Assembly (NCBI GenBank): GCA_025603075.1
Contig: MU626336.1
Span: 1-64,000 of the forward strand
Origin: Neoconidiobolus thromboides FSU 785
Lineage: Eukaryota > Fungi > Entomophthoromycota
Length of the DNA stretch: 64,000 nucleotides
Direction: 5' to 3'
Part shown: piece after piece, positions 24,923 through 40,712 of the stretch
How positions within the stretch are numbered: the first letter of the stretch is position 1
Layout of the letters: every line of letters starts with the position of its first letter
Position numbers and translations under genes: made by a program
Notes under the pieces: generated by a model
The model's database searches: none
Told to the model about the DNA's origin: nothing
Seen by the model: only the letters and a program-made list of their open reading frames with translations

Positions 24923-25007
24923 GAGAATATTTTTTAAAATTTACTAATTTATTACTCAAATAGTGCTTGAAAAATGAAAAAGTAATGAAATCAAAAAAAA
25001 CACTCTC
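24923..25007 (+). mobile_element. MITE-like element, copy H (shortened)
   Basis: GAGAATATTTTTT...ACTCAAATAGTGCTT...AAAACACTCTC; flanks ATTT/ATTT. Confidence 0.75.
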
Positions 25008-25620
25008 ATTTTGTAAAATTATGTTTAATTTTTTTTACCAATTTCAAAAATGTAAATTTTTAATTGAGACTTGGAATTCCTTAAATGCTAAAAATAAAAA
25101 TAAAAACGAAGCTTTAACTACACCACTTAATATTTTTTGGATGATTCGCGTTTTCATAAAATTTTATGTAGACAATGATTAAAATTAATTGAAATTAGAT
25201 ATATAAATAGTTATTTAAGATTCAATTAGGTTAATATTAAGGTCATACATCTTTAAAAATATTGCACTAGGTAAAAGAAAATATTATATTATAAAGTTTT
25301 TGGCTAGTATACGCAAATTAATTAACTTTCAGTATAAAACTTCAAGAATTTATTTGATTCCAATTCATACTTAGCCAATTAAAAGATAGAGAGGAGTTCA
25401 TCAACAATTGTTTCTAATTAAATTGGGAAGCCAAAAAATAATTGGCTAAAAGTGATATTTTTTCGAGAATTTTAAATTCTTACGCGCGCTTTTATCCGGA
25501 TTACATTGTCAAAGAAAAAATAAATTTAATTTGCACAAACAAAACAATCATATCTTTACTTATTAAATGTAACACACTTTTTAAAGATTATTAAAAATTT
25601 AATATTTTTTTATAGAAAAA

Positions 25621-27387
25621 ATGATAAATTCTGTTAGATTAGGAAGCGCATCTGGTTTAAAAAAATTAAATTATAGAGGCGTAGCTAATATTCTTATTAA
25701 AGCTAATGGCTTATCTTATAAAACTAGTATTTCTGCTAGCACTAAAATCACAAAGTAATTCCATTTTCTAAAACTCGGCATTAATTAACATTTTTGTAGC
25801 CTTTCTTTAAAACATTACAAACTTTCTCATCGTAATTATGGTATAGTTTTACAAATAGACTTAATCAGTTTTTTATTTAACCTTGGATTTTATTTTAGCC
25901 GACAAAGTTGTTGTTGTACCACAAATCGCTGATTCCATCAATGAAGGAACTCTAAAAAGCTGGTCAAAACGTAAGTAAAACTATTTGTATTAAATTTTAT
26001 TTTTGAAGATACTTATATATTAAACAGAGGTTGGTGAGTATGTTGAACAAGATGAGGAAGTTGCTACTATTGAAACTGATAAAGTTGATGTACCAGTTAA
26101 TGCACCAGTAGCTGGAACTATTTTAGAACATTTTGCTAAAGAAGAAGATACTATCCAAGTTGGACAAGATCTTTTCAAAATTTCTGAAGGTGGTGAAAAA
26201 CCAGAATCTTGTAAGATTATTCTGAATTATTTTATTTATTCTACAATAATTTTCTTTAGCTAAGCCAAAAGAAACTTCTGAAAGCAAAGAAAAGCCTCAA
26301 GAATCTAAAGAAGAGGTAAAAGAAGAAGCCAAAGAAGTCAAAGAGGAAGCAAAGAAAGAATCAAAACCTGAACCAAAGAAAGAATCTAAGCCAGCTCCTC
26401 AACCTAAGAGTACTTTTATATACTTATGATTTTTATAATATTATACTAACTTATTGATAGGTGCTCCAAAAGAAGCTGTTTCCACTAAAGCTTCATCATT
26501 CGTTAGCGGTAACCCACATGAACAAATTGGAAATCGTACTGAAAACAGAGTAAGTAAAGAAATAATCCAATCTCCGTCTTTTTTTACGATTATAATAGGT
26601 AAAAATGAACCGTATGCGTCTCAGAATTGCTGAAAGACTTAAGGAGTCTCAAAATACCGCAGCTTCTTTAACTACTTTCAATGAAGTTGACATGAGGTAA
26701 GCAAGATTTTGATCTTAGGAATGTCATCTTTACCATTTTAGTGCTCTCATGGAACTCCGTAACACTTATAAAGATAAATTTGTTGAAAAACATGGTGTTA
26801 AGCTTGGTTTCATGTCAGCTTTTGCTAAAGCAAGTGCTATTGCTTTACAAGAAATCCCAGCTGTTAATGCTTCCATTGAAGGCCCAAATGGAGGCGACAC
26901 TATCATATACCGTGATTACGTTGATATCTCAGTTGCCGTATCTACCCCCAAAGGTCTTGTTACCCCAGTTGTTCGCAATGTCCAAAACATGGACTTTTTA
27001 GGCATTGAAAGTACCATTGCCCAACTTGGTGCTAAGGTATTTTAATTCAACTTTTTATTCATTATGTTTATGTTTATGTTTTAGGCCCGTGATAACAAAA
27101 TCACTTTAGAAGATCTTACTGGTGGTACATTTACTATATCTAATGGTGGAGTCTTTGGATCTATGATGGGTACTCCAATTATTAATATGCCACAAACTGC
27201 TATCTTAGGTATGCATGCCATTAAGGAAAGGCCTGTAGCTATCAAAGGCAAAGTAGAAATCCGTCCTATGATGTACCTCGCACTTACTTATGATCATCGT
27301 CTTGTTGATGGTAGAGAAGCAGTCACCTTTTTAGTCCGAGTTAAAGAAATCTTAGAAGATCCTCGTCGTTTACTTTTAGGCTTATAG
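25621..27387 (+). CDS. KGD2: Dihydrolipoamide succinyltransferase (2-oxoglutarate dehydrogenase E2), multi-exon
   Basis: Mitochondrial-type leader, lipoyl site [25 protein letters not shown], catalytic [12 protein letters not shown]. Confidence 0.95.
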
Positions 27388-27905
27388 ATAATTTCATCTT
27401 GAATCCATTAAGTTAATTTGAGGCTTAACGTTTTATAACGGGTAATTAAAATTCAATTTCAAATTGTATAATACAGTATGAGATGAGATAGTTTTATCCA
27501 TTTCATTTTTATATTGAATGGTATTTATATTTTCATGTGAAGGTTGTCTATTATTTTGGGTATCATTTTTTGTAATATTCGAGATCATTAGTATAAATTA
27601 TTTCAACAAAATTGTTTATGTTGCTACCTTAAACTTTGTAGCATCAACTTTTTTAATAGCATATACAGGCTCACTTATTTATTTAAAGACTTATTTGGAT
27701 ATTTATTTTATCAGCTTTAAGCCACAAGACCAAATATAAATTGTTATACATTATTAAATTTTTTTAAAGATTTTATTTAAACTAATATAATATCCAGTCA
27801 ATCATTTAAATTATTAATCAGTCAAAAAGCCAAGTATACGATAAAATTTGAAAAATAAAATAATGTTTAATTCTAAATTTGTAAATCTCTCATTAATGAT
27901 TATAT

Positions 27906-28000
27906 GGGGATGTTTTTGATTTCATTACTTTTTCCATTTTTTAAGCGCTATTCGAGTGGAAAAATTGTCAGTAAAATTCTCAAACAAAAAATACATTCTC
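27906..28000 (-). mobile_element. MITE-like element, copy I
   Basis: GGGGATGTTTTTG...AAGCGCTATTCGAGTGG...ATACATTCTC; flanks ATAT/ATAT. Confidence 0.85.
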
Positions 28001-28316
28001 ATATATATTATGTGATTTTAAAGAATAAAAAGATAAATAGCTGAATTCATATTAAAATCATAAACCTATAAATTGTTCGAACAAAATAGCATTTAGTTAT
28101 AATACAAGTTCCGTCTGCATGTGAATATATATTTATAGCAGTTAATTTAAACACTTTACTTTTTAGTGTTTATTGATCTCAAGAACTGTTGTATTACAGC
28201 CTATGAAAGAAGGTAAAGATACACAGAAGACATGATCAAACAAATCAGGTTAGTTATAAAATCAAAAGAAAGGTCAAAAGATAAAGATAAAATATAAAAC
28301 TTCCTTAATCGTTGTT

Positions 28317-29603
28317 TCATTCTGTTAAAATCTCTACACCATCGTTAGTAATAAGAACAGTATGCTCAAATTGGGCAGACCTTGAACCATCTTCTGTAAC
28401 AATAGTCCAGCCATCTGGCCACATCTTTCCAATTGGAGAGCCTTGGGATACTATTGGTTCAATAGTAAACGTCATACCAGATTGCATAATTCCTTCTTCT
28501 TGGTTTTCTATTAGAGTATTAAAATATGAAATTAAACCATTAAAATACTAATACCATGATGGAAGATTAGTGGTAACTCATGAAAATGAGCTCCGATTCC
28601 GTGCCCTGTTAATTCGTCAGAAACAGAAAATCCATTATCTTTAACGATTTCACTACAAAATAAATAATTTTTCACGAATAATATGTTAAGATTACCTTAT
28701 GACTTTGCCAATCTTCTTAAATTCTACCCCTGGTCCACAGATAGATATAGCTTTCTCCATGGCTTTTTTTGTAACACTAACTAATTTTTTTCCAGCATCA
28801 TCCACGTCACCAACCATGAACGTAGCTGAAGTATCACCATGCACACCGTTTAAATAAACCTTTTAAATTTAATAACAGCACTTAAATCTAACTAATGACT
28901 TACTGTAACATCGATGTTTATAATATCCCCATTTTTTAATGGCCGACTAATAAAACAGATTGATTTTTTTAAATCAATATTTTTATATTATATTATATTA
29001 CCTATCTGGTATTCCATGACAAATAACATTATTAATTGAAGTGCAGATAGATTTTGGAAATCCCATATAATTCAAAGTTGAAGGATAAGCGTTATTTTCT
29101 AATATAGCTTTCCTTAATGCGTCATCTATTTCTAAAGTAGTTACACCTTCCTTTTAAAATGATTTAAACCGTTTTATTTTAGAAAAGAAGCGGGTTACCT
29201 TGCACATACTACCACCTAAATGTAACATCTTTTTAGCTAATTTACAAGCTTTTCTCATCTTTTCAATCAACTCTTCATCTTTAATACCAATGACTTTTGA
29301 CCATTCCTTTGGTTGTTTTGAATAAGCATAAGGTGGTTTGGCAATATTTTTTGGTATAATTTCATCAATATTTATACTTTCTACACCTAGAGATAATTTG
29401 GTTGGTACAATTAATGGATATTTTCCATACTGGTTTAAGTTAAGATAATCCAACTCTTCAAGTACTGTTTTTCGTTTATCTCTTGGTAGTAATGTTTTTA
29501 AATTTTGAGTGAAGTTTGCTTTAGTGATTTTATTGTTATTAAGTTGTAACAACACTTTATTAATCAATGTGTTATTGATTCTTTTTGCTGATAACTTTAT
29601 CAT
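28317..29603 (-). CDS. Methionine aminopeptidase type 1 (probably mitochondrial, MAP1D-like), multi-exon
   Basis: [59 protein letters not shown]; basic N-terminal leader and no zinc fingers. Confidence 0.9.
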
Positions 29604-29790
29604 TTTAAAAAAGCGACTATTTTTTATTGAATATTAAAAATTATAAACTGTTAACTTGTAATTTGAATTGAAAAGTTAAACCGGAAATATTAAAAACTTT
29701 AAAATTCATAAATATTTATATATTTGAAAATATCATTCAAAATGCAGTAAAATATATATTAACTCATCAATTATTCTGGTTTATTAGAAC

Positions 29791-30156
29791 TTAAGCATCA
29801 GCAATGGTGACTTCAACTTCGACTCCAGGTTCAATGGAGATGGAGGTGATTTGCTTAACAATCTCAGATGGAGAGTGGAGATCGACAAGACGTTTGTGGA
29901 TACGCATTTCATAACGATCCCAGGTCTTGGAACCCTCACCATTAGGAGTCTTACGAGTAGTGATCTTTAAGACTTTGGTTGGGAGACGAACTGGACCCTT
30001 AACTTTAAGTTGCTTATCTTTGGCACGGTTGATAAGATCAGAGCAAACTTTTTCAAGAGCTTGAACATTACGGGAAGTAAGAGTGATACGGATCTTGTGT
30101 ACCTTAGCAGATACTTTTTCTTCTAATCCAGGTTTTCCTTTAGCGACGTAAGCCAT
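29791..30156 (-). CDS. RPS20: 40S ribosomal protein S20 (uS10), intronless
   Basis: [12 protein letters not shown]...[27 protein letters not shown]...[14 protein letters not shown]. Confidence 0.98.
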   Translation of the reverse strand: MAYVAKGKPGLEEKVSAKVHKIRITLTSRNVQALEKVCSDLINRAKDKQLKVKGPVRLPTKVLKITTRKTPNGEGSKTWDRYEMRIHKRLVDLHSPSEIVKQITSISIEPGVEVEVTIADA

Positions 30157-31599
30157 TTTTATACTTTAATAGAACTATTTATTCGGCACAATGGCACAGA
30201 GGTGACTAAATAATCTTTTTAAAAAGAGTTGAGTTCGATATCCACGGTAAAAATTTTAAAATGAAAATTTTTTCAATTTTTTTAACCAATAATTTAGCTT
30301 AAATACAATGGGAGTTTTAAATTTTTCAGCTTCAAATTTCAAAAAAAAAAGTCAAAATAGTATTGAAAATGATTTATATTGAACTTTATAGCACTAAATT
30401 ACTTAACTTATTATAATAATAAAGCTATTTCAATATTCATACTTTAGCGTTGTTTTTTTTGAATTTTTGAACCTTTATATGTGTACATTTTGTAATTCTA
30501 AGTGATTATTTTAATTATGATTCCCTTTTAGAAATTTATGTCTAATTTGATTTAAATATGAAAATGCCTAACTTCAAAGAATGGCTCATATAACAAGCTC
30601 TAGTTAACGTTGTTATTTACTGATGATTTATCGCTTTATACTATTAAGATATTTTTAGTTACTTCTATGTTCTAAAAGATAGTTATTAAAGTTAATTGGC
30701 ATATTAAGATAATAGTCTAAAACCTAACCTGTATTTGAAATATAAATTCGTTATATATTAATTTATAAATGATATTCTAATCCACTTACTATATAAGTTT
30801 ACAGGTTCTTCAAAAAAAGTAGTAGTCCATGATGGCTTCATACTTCGCTTATATAGAGATATATGGATATCATTATAATACAATAGTTTTTGCAGTATAA
30901 AAATTGAAGAGTATGTTATTTTATACTTTTTGATGTTACTTCCAGTCAAATTACTTGATAAGTGTATGATAACAATAAGGTTTTATAAAATTCGAGAATC
31001 TTTATATATTACTATTGATAGTAGATGAAATGCGATATCAACCAATATCATAATAATTCAGAAATTTTAGTAATGATAATATTGGTAATCGATCATCTAT
31101 AATAACAAATTGAATGTATTAGTTTTATTAATCTATCTCTTATTGATTTCATTTTCTTTTTAAATCCTAAATTCAGGCAGAATATTAGCTTTTATATCAA
31201 GGATAAGTTTGGTACAAATTGTGATTTTTATTACTTCAGGTGAACTTCATCCTAACATCTTTAATAGAGAGGATTTTCTTAAACATAAAATTTATACTTC
31301 AAGTTATTAATTTTTGTCACTGGTGGTTTATTTAAACGCAAAAGGCTATTCAAACAACTGCTGATCATGGGGAACACCTTTATCAGTTTTCTATAGTATA
31401 AATAATATAACTGAGTCTTAAATATACAAAGCCAATTATTTATCGAAAACTAAGTTTGTTTTTTTATTAAAATATAATAACTTATTCAGCTTTTAAGTTA
31501 AGCGAACAAATAGCTAGAAGGAAAAAAGACATTCTTATATTAAACCGGTAGACTAATAAGACTTATTTTACTTAGTATCAAAATGTATTTACTGACTCT

Positions 31600-32373
31600 T
31601 TTTATCTCTTAAAGAATAGATATTTTTAGCGAATTTAAAAATAGGTAAATAAGCGGGCCTACATACATCAAATTAAAAACAAGTGCTAGCTTTTGACTTA
31701 ATGAAACACAGCCTGGTAAAAAAAACCTAATCCAGAACCAGCAAAAAATTGATTAATTTACAAAGCAGCAACATATTTTTGAAACTTCGGTCTATAACCT
31801 AAAACAGTAAAAGAATAGTATAAGTAGATTACTGTATGAACAAGGGAGCTAAATAGTACAAAAATTCCAGTACCTGGATTGGAGATGGTAAATAGATAAA
31901 ATATACATAAAACTGCACCAGAATGATGGTGAGATTGTAAAAGAGATGGTACTCTATTTTTTAACAATAAAATTAAGGCATTAATAAATTCCCAATATTT
32001 GGATAGATAAAAGAGCCATATATTAAGGTATATGCTTTGTATTCATACCGTTTGATTTTTATCAAAATAGACGTTATAGAGGGAATCACTATTTATAATA
32101 GTGCCATAGATGGTAGAAAATAAGGAGAAAAGGGGAAAAAGGAACAAATTGCTAAGTTAAGTTATGAAATAATATAAAGACCTTGAAACCATCACTAGTT
32201 TTTGTATTTTTAGTTGTTTGCTTTTTTATATACTCAGTGTAAATCTTTGCAGCTATCAAATATGTGATTGATATAAAGGCAACACTGGGTTGACGGTTAA
32301 AACAAGGGTACCATTATGAGAGTGGTAAGCCTTGTCAATGAGTTATATCAATAAGATTGGAAATTGGAATCAT
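31600..32373 (-). pseudogene. Pseudogene of the ELO fatty-acid elongase at 49732-50526
   Basis: Colinear with the intact gene from the start (THxQGLPLSxWYP) through LSKYWEFI, PSLLQSHHHSGA, GYRPKFQKY and SQKLALVFNL; at least 4 premature stops plus frameshifts. Confidence 0.85.
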
Positions 32374-33216
32374 TATCAAATAAGGAGTAAAAAAACATGT
32401 ATTCGAAAAACATACTCCTTTTTATTTACTATTTTTTGAGGTGTATTCTACAATAAAATAAACTTTGAGTCAGTCATTCAAATACATCAATTAGGGTGTT
32501 ATAGATAAAGCGATCTTATTAATTGACTATACCCCATTTATGTATTTGTTATGAATTGTTTTAAATGTATTTATTGAGTTATTGAGTTATTGTTGTTATA
32601 CTGTATTATTATAAAATGATTGAAATAAAAGTGTAAAATAAGATAATAAGCAGTTATATTAAATATTTAATGAATTGTTTTTTTACTTTGTTGTTGATAA
32701 CTACACTTCGTCATTATAATTTTTGTAGAAAATTTAGTATCACTTGTTACAAAAGTTATTATAAAAACTGAAATATAATTAAATTAAATGGAGAGCTAAT
32801 TGTAACTAAAGATATATGCTTGTTAAAATAAAGATCTCTGATAGATTGATTTATCTTTACAGTTTATAATTTTATAACTATTTTATAGAATATACTATAC
32901 TATATGCAATATTATAGCAAAACAAAAAAATATAGTTTGAGTAATTTAGATTCTATTAAGTTATTTATTATAATAATCTTATTGTATAAGATAAATAACA
33001 AAATTTATAGGATATAATAGTGGCTGACTTTAAATTTTTAAATTTCAATCTGCCAATTTAAAAGCTAATAATCTTTTAAACAAAAAGTTCAATCGACTTA
33101 ATTGGTTCTTATAAACTTTAAAAGAAAAACATGAAAAAACAAAACAAAAAACTCAACAAAGATATTCAGTTCTTATTTTATCTTTTTCAACTTTCAATTT
33201 CAATTCCCAATAGAAG

Positions 33217-34445
<1,229 letters not shown>

Positions 34446-34738
34446 AAGTATTTACTGCAAGCTTTTTTGAATGCATATTTAATAGTTGAGGTTGTTGATT
34501 AGTTTTAGGTTGAATATATAAGTTGATGGGTAGCTTTTTGTTAAATAAAAACAAAACTGTTTTATGGGTTTATATTTTATTTTAGTTTGATGTTTTTTAA
34601 TTATCTTTAATGCATTTTTTTAAAGAATAAATCCCATGAATTAGTTTAAATTCAAAAAAACTCGAAAGACCCACTTTTTTTTAAAATCTCAAAAAATAGA
34701 ATAAAATTCAATAATAAACCAGCAATTTACTTTTATAT

Positions 34739-36296
<1,558 letters not shown>

Positions 36297-36310
36297 TCTA
36301 TTTAATGAAA

Positions 36311-36340
36311 TAATATAATATAATATAATATAATATAATA
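36311..36340. repeat. (TAATA)6 pentanucleotide microsatellite
   Basis: Read directly; fills about half of the 63-bp gap between two convergent stop codons. Confidence 0.9.
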
Positions 36341-36359
36341 ATAAAAGAAATAGATTGTT

Positions 36360-37728
36360 TTAATTGTTTAATTTAGCAATTAATGTATCCCATTCTTGCT
36401 CAGTAAAAATATCATTAAATCGTTGTTTTAATGATTCTATGTTTTTTGCAATCGATTTTAAGTCTATATCAATCGATGAATTTAATAAGGGTAAACTAGT
36501 AGATAATAAATGTAAATCCTATATAAAATAAAAAATTCAACGTAAGTATATAGATTCAATGTTTTAATAATATTAACTTACTTTTTGTATTAAATCATCA
36601 TCGTCATAATATTTTGATTCAGGTAATAAATACATAAGAAATGTATTTAATAAATTGGAATTTAACAATGGAGTTAAGATAGTTGGTTCGTCAGATAATA
36701 ATGAATTCATCATAAATAAGATTCGACTAATCACTTGTACATCAATGTCTAAACAATAGAAATAAAATTAATAAAATTAATATAATTAATAGCGTTGTGA
36801 TTAATTCATTTACCTTTTCTATTGACAATATTTTGAATTAATTGAAATCCGTTTAATGTTTGTAATTTAACTAACGATTTTTGATGATGTCTAGTGGCAC
36901 CTAAATAATAAGAAAAACATGTCAAATAAAACACATAATAAAAAATAATCAACCTACAAGATAAAGCATAGATCAATTTAATTAATACTTCTTTTTCACT
37001 TTCTTTTTCCATTGCTTGTAATAATGCTTCAAATCCATTATGTTGAATAAACTAAATATAATATAAAATAAACTAATAAATAACGAATGATAAGAGTAAT
37101 AAACATATAGAACTCACCGCTTCTTGGGCATCTGGATTATTTTGAGTAGCTGTACCCAATGTCCATGCTGTATATTTACGAATAACTGAATGCTCATTTT
37201 TCAATAATTCAATTAATGGAGCCCATAATTTTAATGGGGTTAAATCTATAGTTTAAAACAAAATTAATATGTTTGATATTATTCATTTTTTATACAAATA
37301 CTTACTTTTGGCATTATCAATATGTTCTACTAACTATAGGAATAAAGTAATGAGTTAATTTGATTTAAAAAAGCAATAACAAAATTTTCTTTCTAAAAAA
37401 TTACCATTTCTAAATTATCAAATGCAACTTCTCTTTGTTCTAAATCGACATTTTCATCAATAATTACTTGGAAATTTTCTAATTATAAAAAATAAGCCAA
37501 CTAATAAACACAATAACTTTAAATAAAAATAGAACAGGAACGATAATAACAATAACAATATTTAATAATATTTAATTAAAACTTACCTTTCATCATAGTA
37601 GCTTCACTTTTACCCAAAATAGCATCAATAACTTCCGGATCTAAATCTTTAACTGCCTCGTTGCTAGTTGCTTTAGCTAGCTCTTCAGGGTCACTGTTTT
37701 TAATTCCCCATTGTAATAATTTTTCCAT
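36360..37728 (-). CDS. FES1: Hsp70 nucleotide exchange factor Fes1 (HspBP1-like), multi-exon
   Basis: MEKLLQWGIKN...LDPEVIDAILG, AFDNLEML...IDNA, LWAPLIELL, TAWTLGTATQNNPDAQ, KLIYALS. Confidence 0.9.
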
Positions 37729-37912
37729 TTTTTGAATTTGTATCAATTATAATTTAAACAAAAAAGATAAAAGCCAAATTAATTAAAGCCCTGATATTTG
37801 AACTAAACTTTGAGAATTAAATTGTTTCAGAATTTACTAGAAAAATTGGAAAAAAAATTCATTTCATCTTGATAATTTATTTAAAAATCAAAAAGATTAA
37901 TACAATACGAGT

Positions 37913-38974
37913 ATGGCAATTAAAAATAAAGTGATGGGAAAGGTAGTAAAGAGTAACAAAGATGAAACACTTTCGCACAAGGTAAAACAGGCTAAACAAT
38001 ACAGTATAGAAGGACAAGAGGAAGAAACTGTGGAAGAGGGTGAAGGAGAGAATGAAGAAGAAAACGAAGAAGGTGAAGGAGAGAGTGAAGAAGAAAACGA
38101 AGAAGAAAACAAAGAAGAGGAAGAAGGGGATTATATCGATGAAGATTTAGAAGAAGAAGAAGAGGATTATACCGACGAAGATTTAGAAGAAGAACAAAGT
38201 TCCAAAGGCTTAAAGCCTATGGATGCAGCTAGTTTACAGAAATTCAATGAAAAGATTGAAAAAAGTGGGGTCGTTTATATCAGTCGAATCCCGCCACGGT
38301 TCAAACCGAATAAATTAAAATCTCTGCTTGCACCATACAAACTGAAAATTGGACGAGTCTATTTTGCAGCAGAAGATGAAAGAGCTCGATTAAAGAGAAA
38401 GAAAATGGGTGGCAGTACAATAAAACATTATACTGAAGGTTGGATTGAGTTCATGGATAAAAAAAAAGCGAAGAGTTTGGTAAAATTGTTAAATAATACA
38501 AATATGGATAAAAGAAAACATGGTTATCATCATGAAGATATCTGGAATTTAAAATATTTACCAAAGTTTAAATGGCATCATTTGACTGAGAGAATAGGTA
38601 AGATTCCAAATTTTATTGCTTATTTTTATATTCTTGTTAACTAGTTTCTTTAATTTAATATGGATTATTAATACTTTTTTTTAGCTTATGAAAAAGAAGT
38701 GCGTGCTCAAAGATTAAGAAATGAAATATCTATGGCTAAAAAGTTAAATCAGCAATATATTGATAAAGTGGAATTAAAGAAACAGATCGAAGGAATGGAA
38801 AGTAAAAAAGGAAACTCGAATAAAAATAAAATGGTCAGAAGTTTTCATCAAAGAAAAGTTCAAAATAGTAATGTAGAGAATAATCATCATATTAAAAATG
38901 ATAATAAGAAGAAAAAGAAAACCGAAGAAGATAAAGAGAAAGATTTAAATCAAGTATTAGATTCTATTTTTTAA
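37913..38974 (+). CDS. ESF2: Pre-rRNA processing protein Esf2 (ABT1 family), 2 exons
   Basis: GVVYISRIPP, IGRVY, YTEGWIEF, HEDIWNLKYLPKFKWHHLTERI|AYE...RLRNEIS; acidic N-terminus with imperfect internal duplications. Confidence 0.93.
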
Positions 38975-39112
38975 ATAGAAAAGTTATTGAGGTTGGTGAT
39001 AGAGATGGGATTTATAGATTTTTCATGAATAAAATTGAATATTTAATTTTGGATCTTTTTTTCAAACTTTTTATTTTTTTATTTTTCGATTTTTTTAACT
39101 AAAATTTTAAGC

Positions 39113-39809
39113 ATGAAAGATAAGAAAGAAGGTAATTGATATAACAAAAACAAATGTTGTTGATACTAATTTATAATCAATTTAAATAGAAAAAATGACA
39201 ACTGAAGTAAGAAGATAATGATTATAATGATTATTTTATATACTAAGGGGATTAATTTAGAAAAAAGTTGATTCTTTAAAACCATTGAAAGAAAAAAAAG
39301 AGAAGAAGGAAAAGAAAGAAAAGAAATCGAAAAAGAACACCGATATAACTGAAAAAGAGTGCAAAAAATCGAAAAAGGAAAAGAAGGGTAAGAAGGAAAA
39401 GAAATCGAAAAACTTGGAAATCGAAAAAGAAGAGATTGAAAAAGTAGAACCATCAAAACTTGAAATAAAAGAAACTTCAACTGTTCAAACGGAACTTAAG
39501 GTAATTTTGTTTACTTAATCTTCAAATTTTTAAACCAATTTCTTTCTTCTCTAGCCTTCTACCGTCTCTTATGTTGGCACCGATTGGAATCAATCTAGTT
39601 TTTCAGGAAATACTGAAAGAAAAAATAAATTTCTAAGATTAATGGGGGCAGGGAAAAGCGGTAATAAAGAAATCAAATCAACTGGTGGTAAAGTATTGGA
39701 TTCTCAACAGGAAAGCAAAATGTTTCAAGAGATGGAAAAACAATACCAGTTTGGTTTAGATTATAAAAAAGAGGGTTATAAAGGCAGTAAAAGAGGGTTG
39801 GGAGCGTAA
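39113..39809 (+). CDS. Lys/Glu-rich protein with C-terminal small acidic protein (SMAP)-like domain
   Basis: KKEKKEKK-rich exon; last exon reads DWNQSSFSGNTERKNKFLRLMGA...MEKQYQFG...RGLG. First micro-exon and start are uncertain. Confidence 0.7.
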
Positions 39810-40050
39810 ATGAAGGAAAAGGGAATTTAAGGGAATAAATATAGAGCTAAAATAGTTATATGTTAAGATATACTTTTTATTGATTTATTATGTTGATATT
39901 TGCTTGATTTTAAATTTTATTATTTCTATGATTTTTTTGATGCTTAATTTTCAGCCAATGACTTAAATTTCTTTTTAAAAGTAATCCTAAAAAATTATGA
40001 TTCTAAAAGAATTAAACTTTTTTTTATATAAACACAAATTAAAATTTCAA

Positions 40051-40497
40051 ATGGCTTTAATTAAAACAATACAAACTACCTTTTTCCAATTTCGTTCTGT
40101 TTCACGAGTATCTATTTTACGAACATCATGTATCTCTAAATTTAATATGCAATCATTGACTTCAAGATTAAGTTTCACTCATAACTTCCATTCGACTACT
40201 TTTAAATCCCAACTCACCTCTCAACAACAAGAGCTTATCGATAAAGTCCAAAATAACCCCGAGTTAATGAAATTGTTTAATAACAAAGAAATTGTATTGC
40301 AGATTCAAAATTTGCAAAAATTATTAATCGAAAAAGGTATTGATATTAATAATTTAAAAGATATGGGTCCAATGAGTTTATTTAAATTGATGAATGATAA
40401 AGATATTAAATTACAAGGCGAAAAGATTCAAGAATTAGTAATCAAAAATAATATTAAATTATCAGCTACTGATTTGTTGTCTTTATTTTCAAAATAA
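40051..40497 (+). CDS. Small uncharacterised protein with a mitochondrial-type presequence and a helical (STI1-like) domain
   Basis: R/S/T-rich, acid-free N-terminus followed by ELIDKVQNNPELMKLF; ATG at 40051 preferred over the upstream ATG. Confidence 0.6.
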   Translation: MALIKTIQTTFFQFRSVSRVSILRTSCISKFNMQSLTSRLSFTHNFHSTTFKSQLTSQQQELIDKVQNNPELMKLFNNKEIVLQIQNLQKLLIEKGIDINNLKDMGPMSLFKLMNDKDIKLQGEKIQELVIKNNIKLSATDLLSLFSK

Positions 40498-40712
40498 AAA
40501 CTAATTTTAAAAAGCAATTATTTTATCATTATTATTACTATTATTTTAAGTCTTGAAAGTGGAATATCTCTAAGTGTTATAGTTTCAAAAATATAACATT
40601 TCAAAATTTATTAATTTGCATTTGATTATTATATCACATTTTTTTATTAATAGAAACCAAATAATAGGTAAGTAATTAATATTAACTTATTTTAACTATT
40701 ATTCATTTAAAT

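Noticed and set aside
28218-28230. GATACACAGAAGA, resembling the U6 GATACAGAGAAGA
   Set aside because: The ACAGAGA box is broken and no flanking U6 similarity exists.
37897-39480. Ser/Phe-rich minus-strand ORFs at 37897-38112 and 39166-39480
   Set aside because: Reverse complements of the Glu/Lys-rich low-complexity regions of Esf2 and the SMAP protein.
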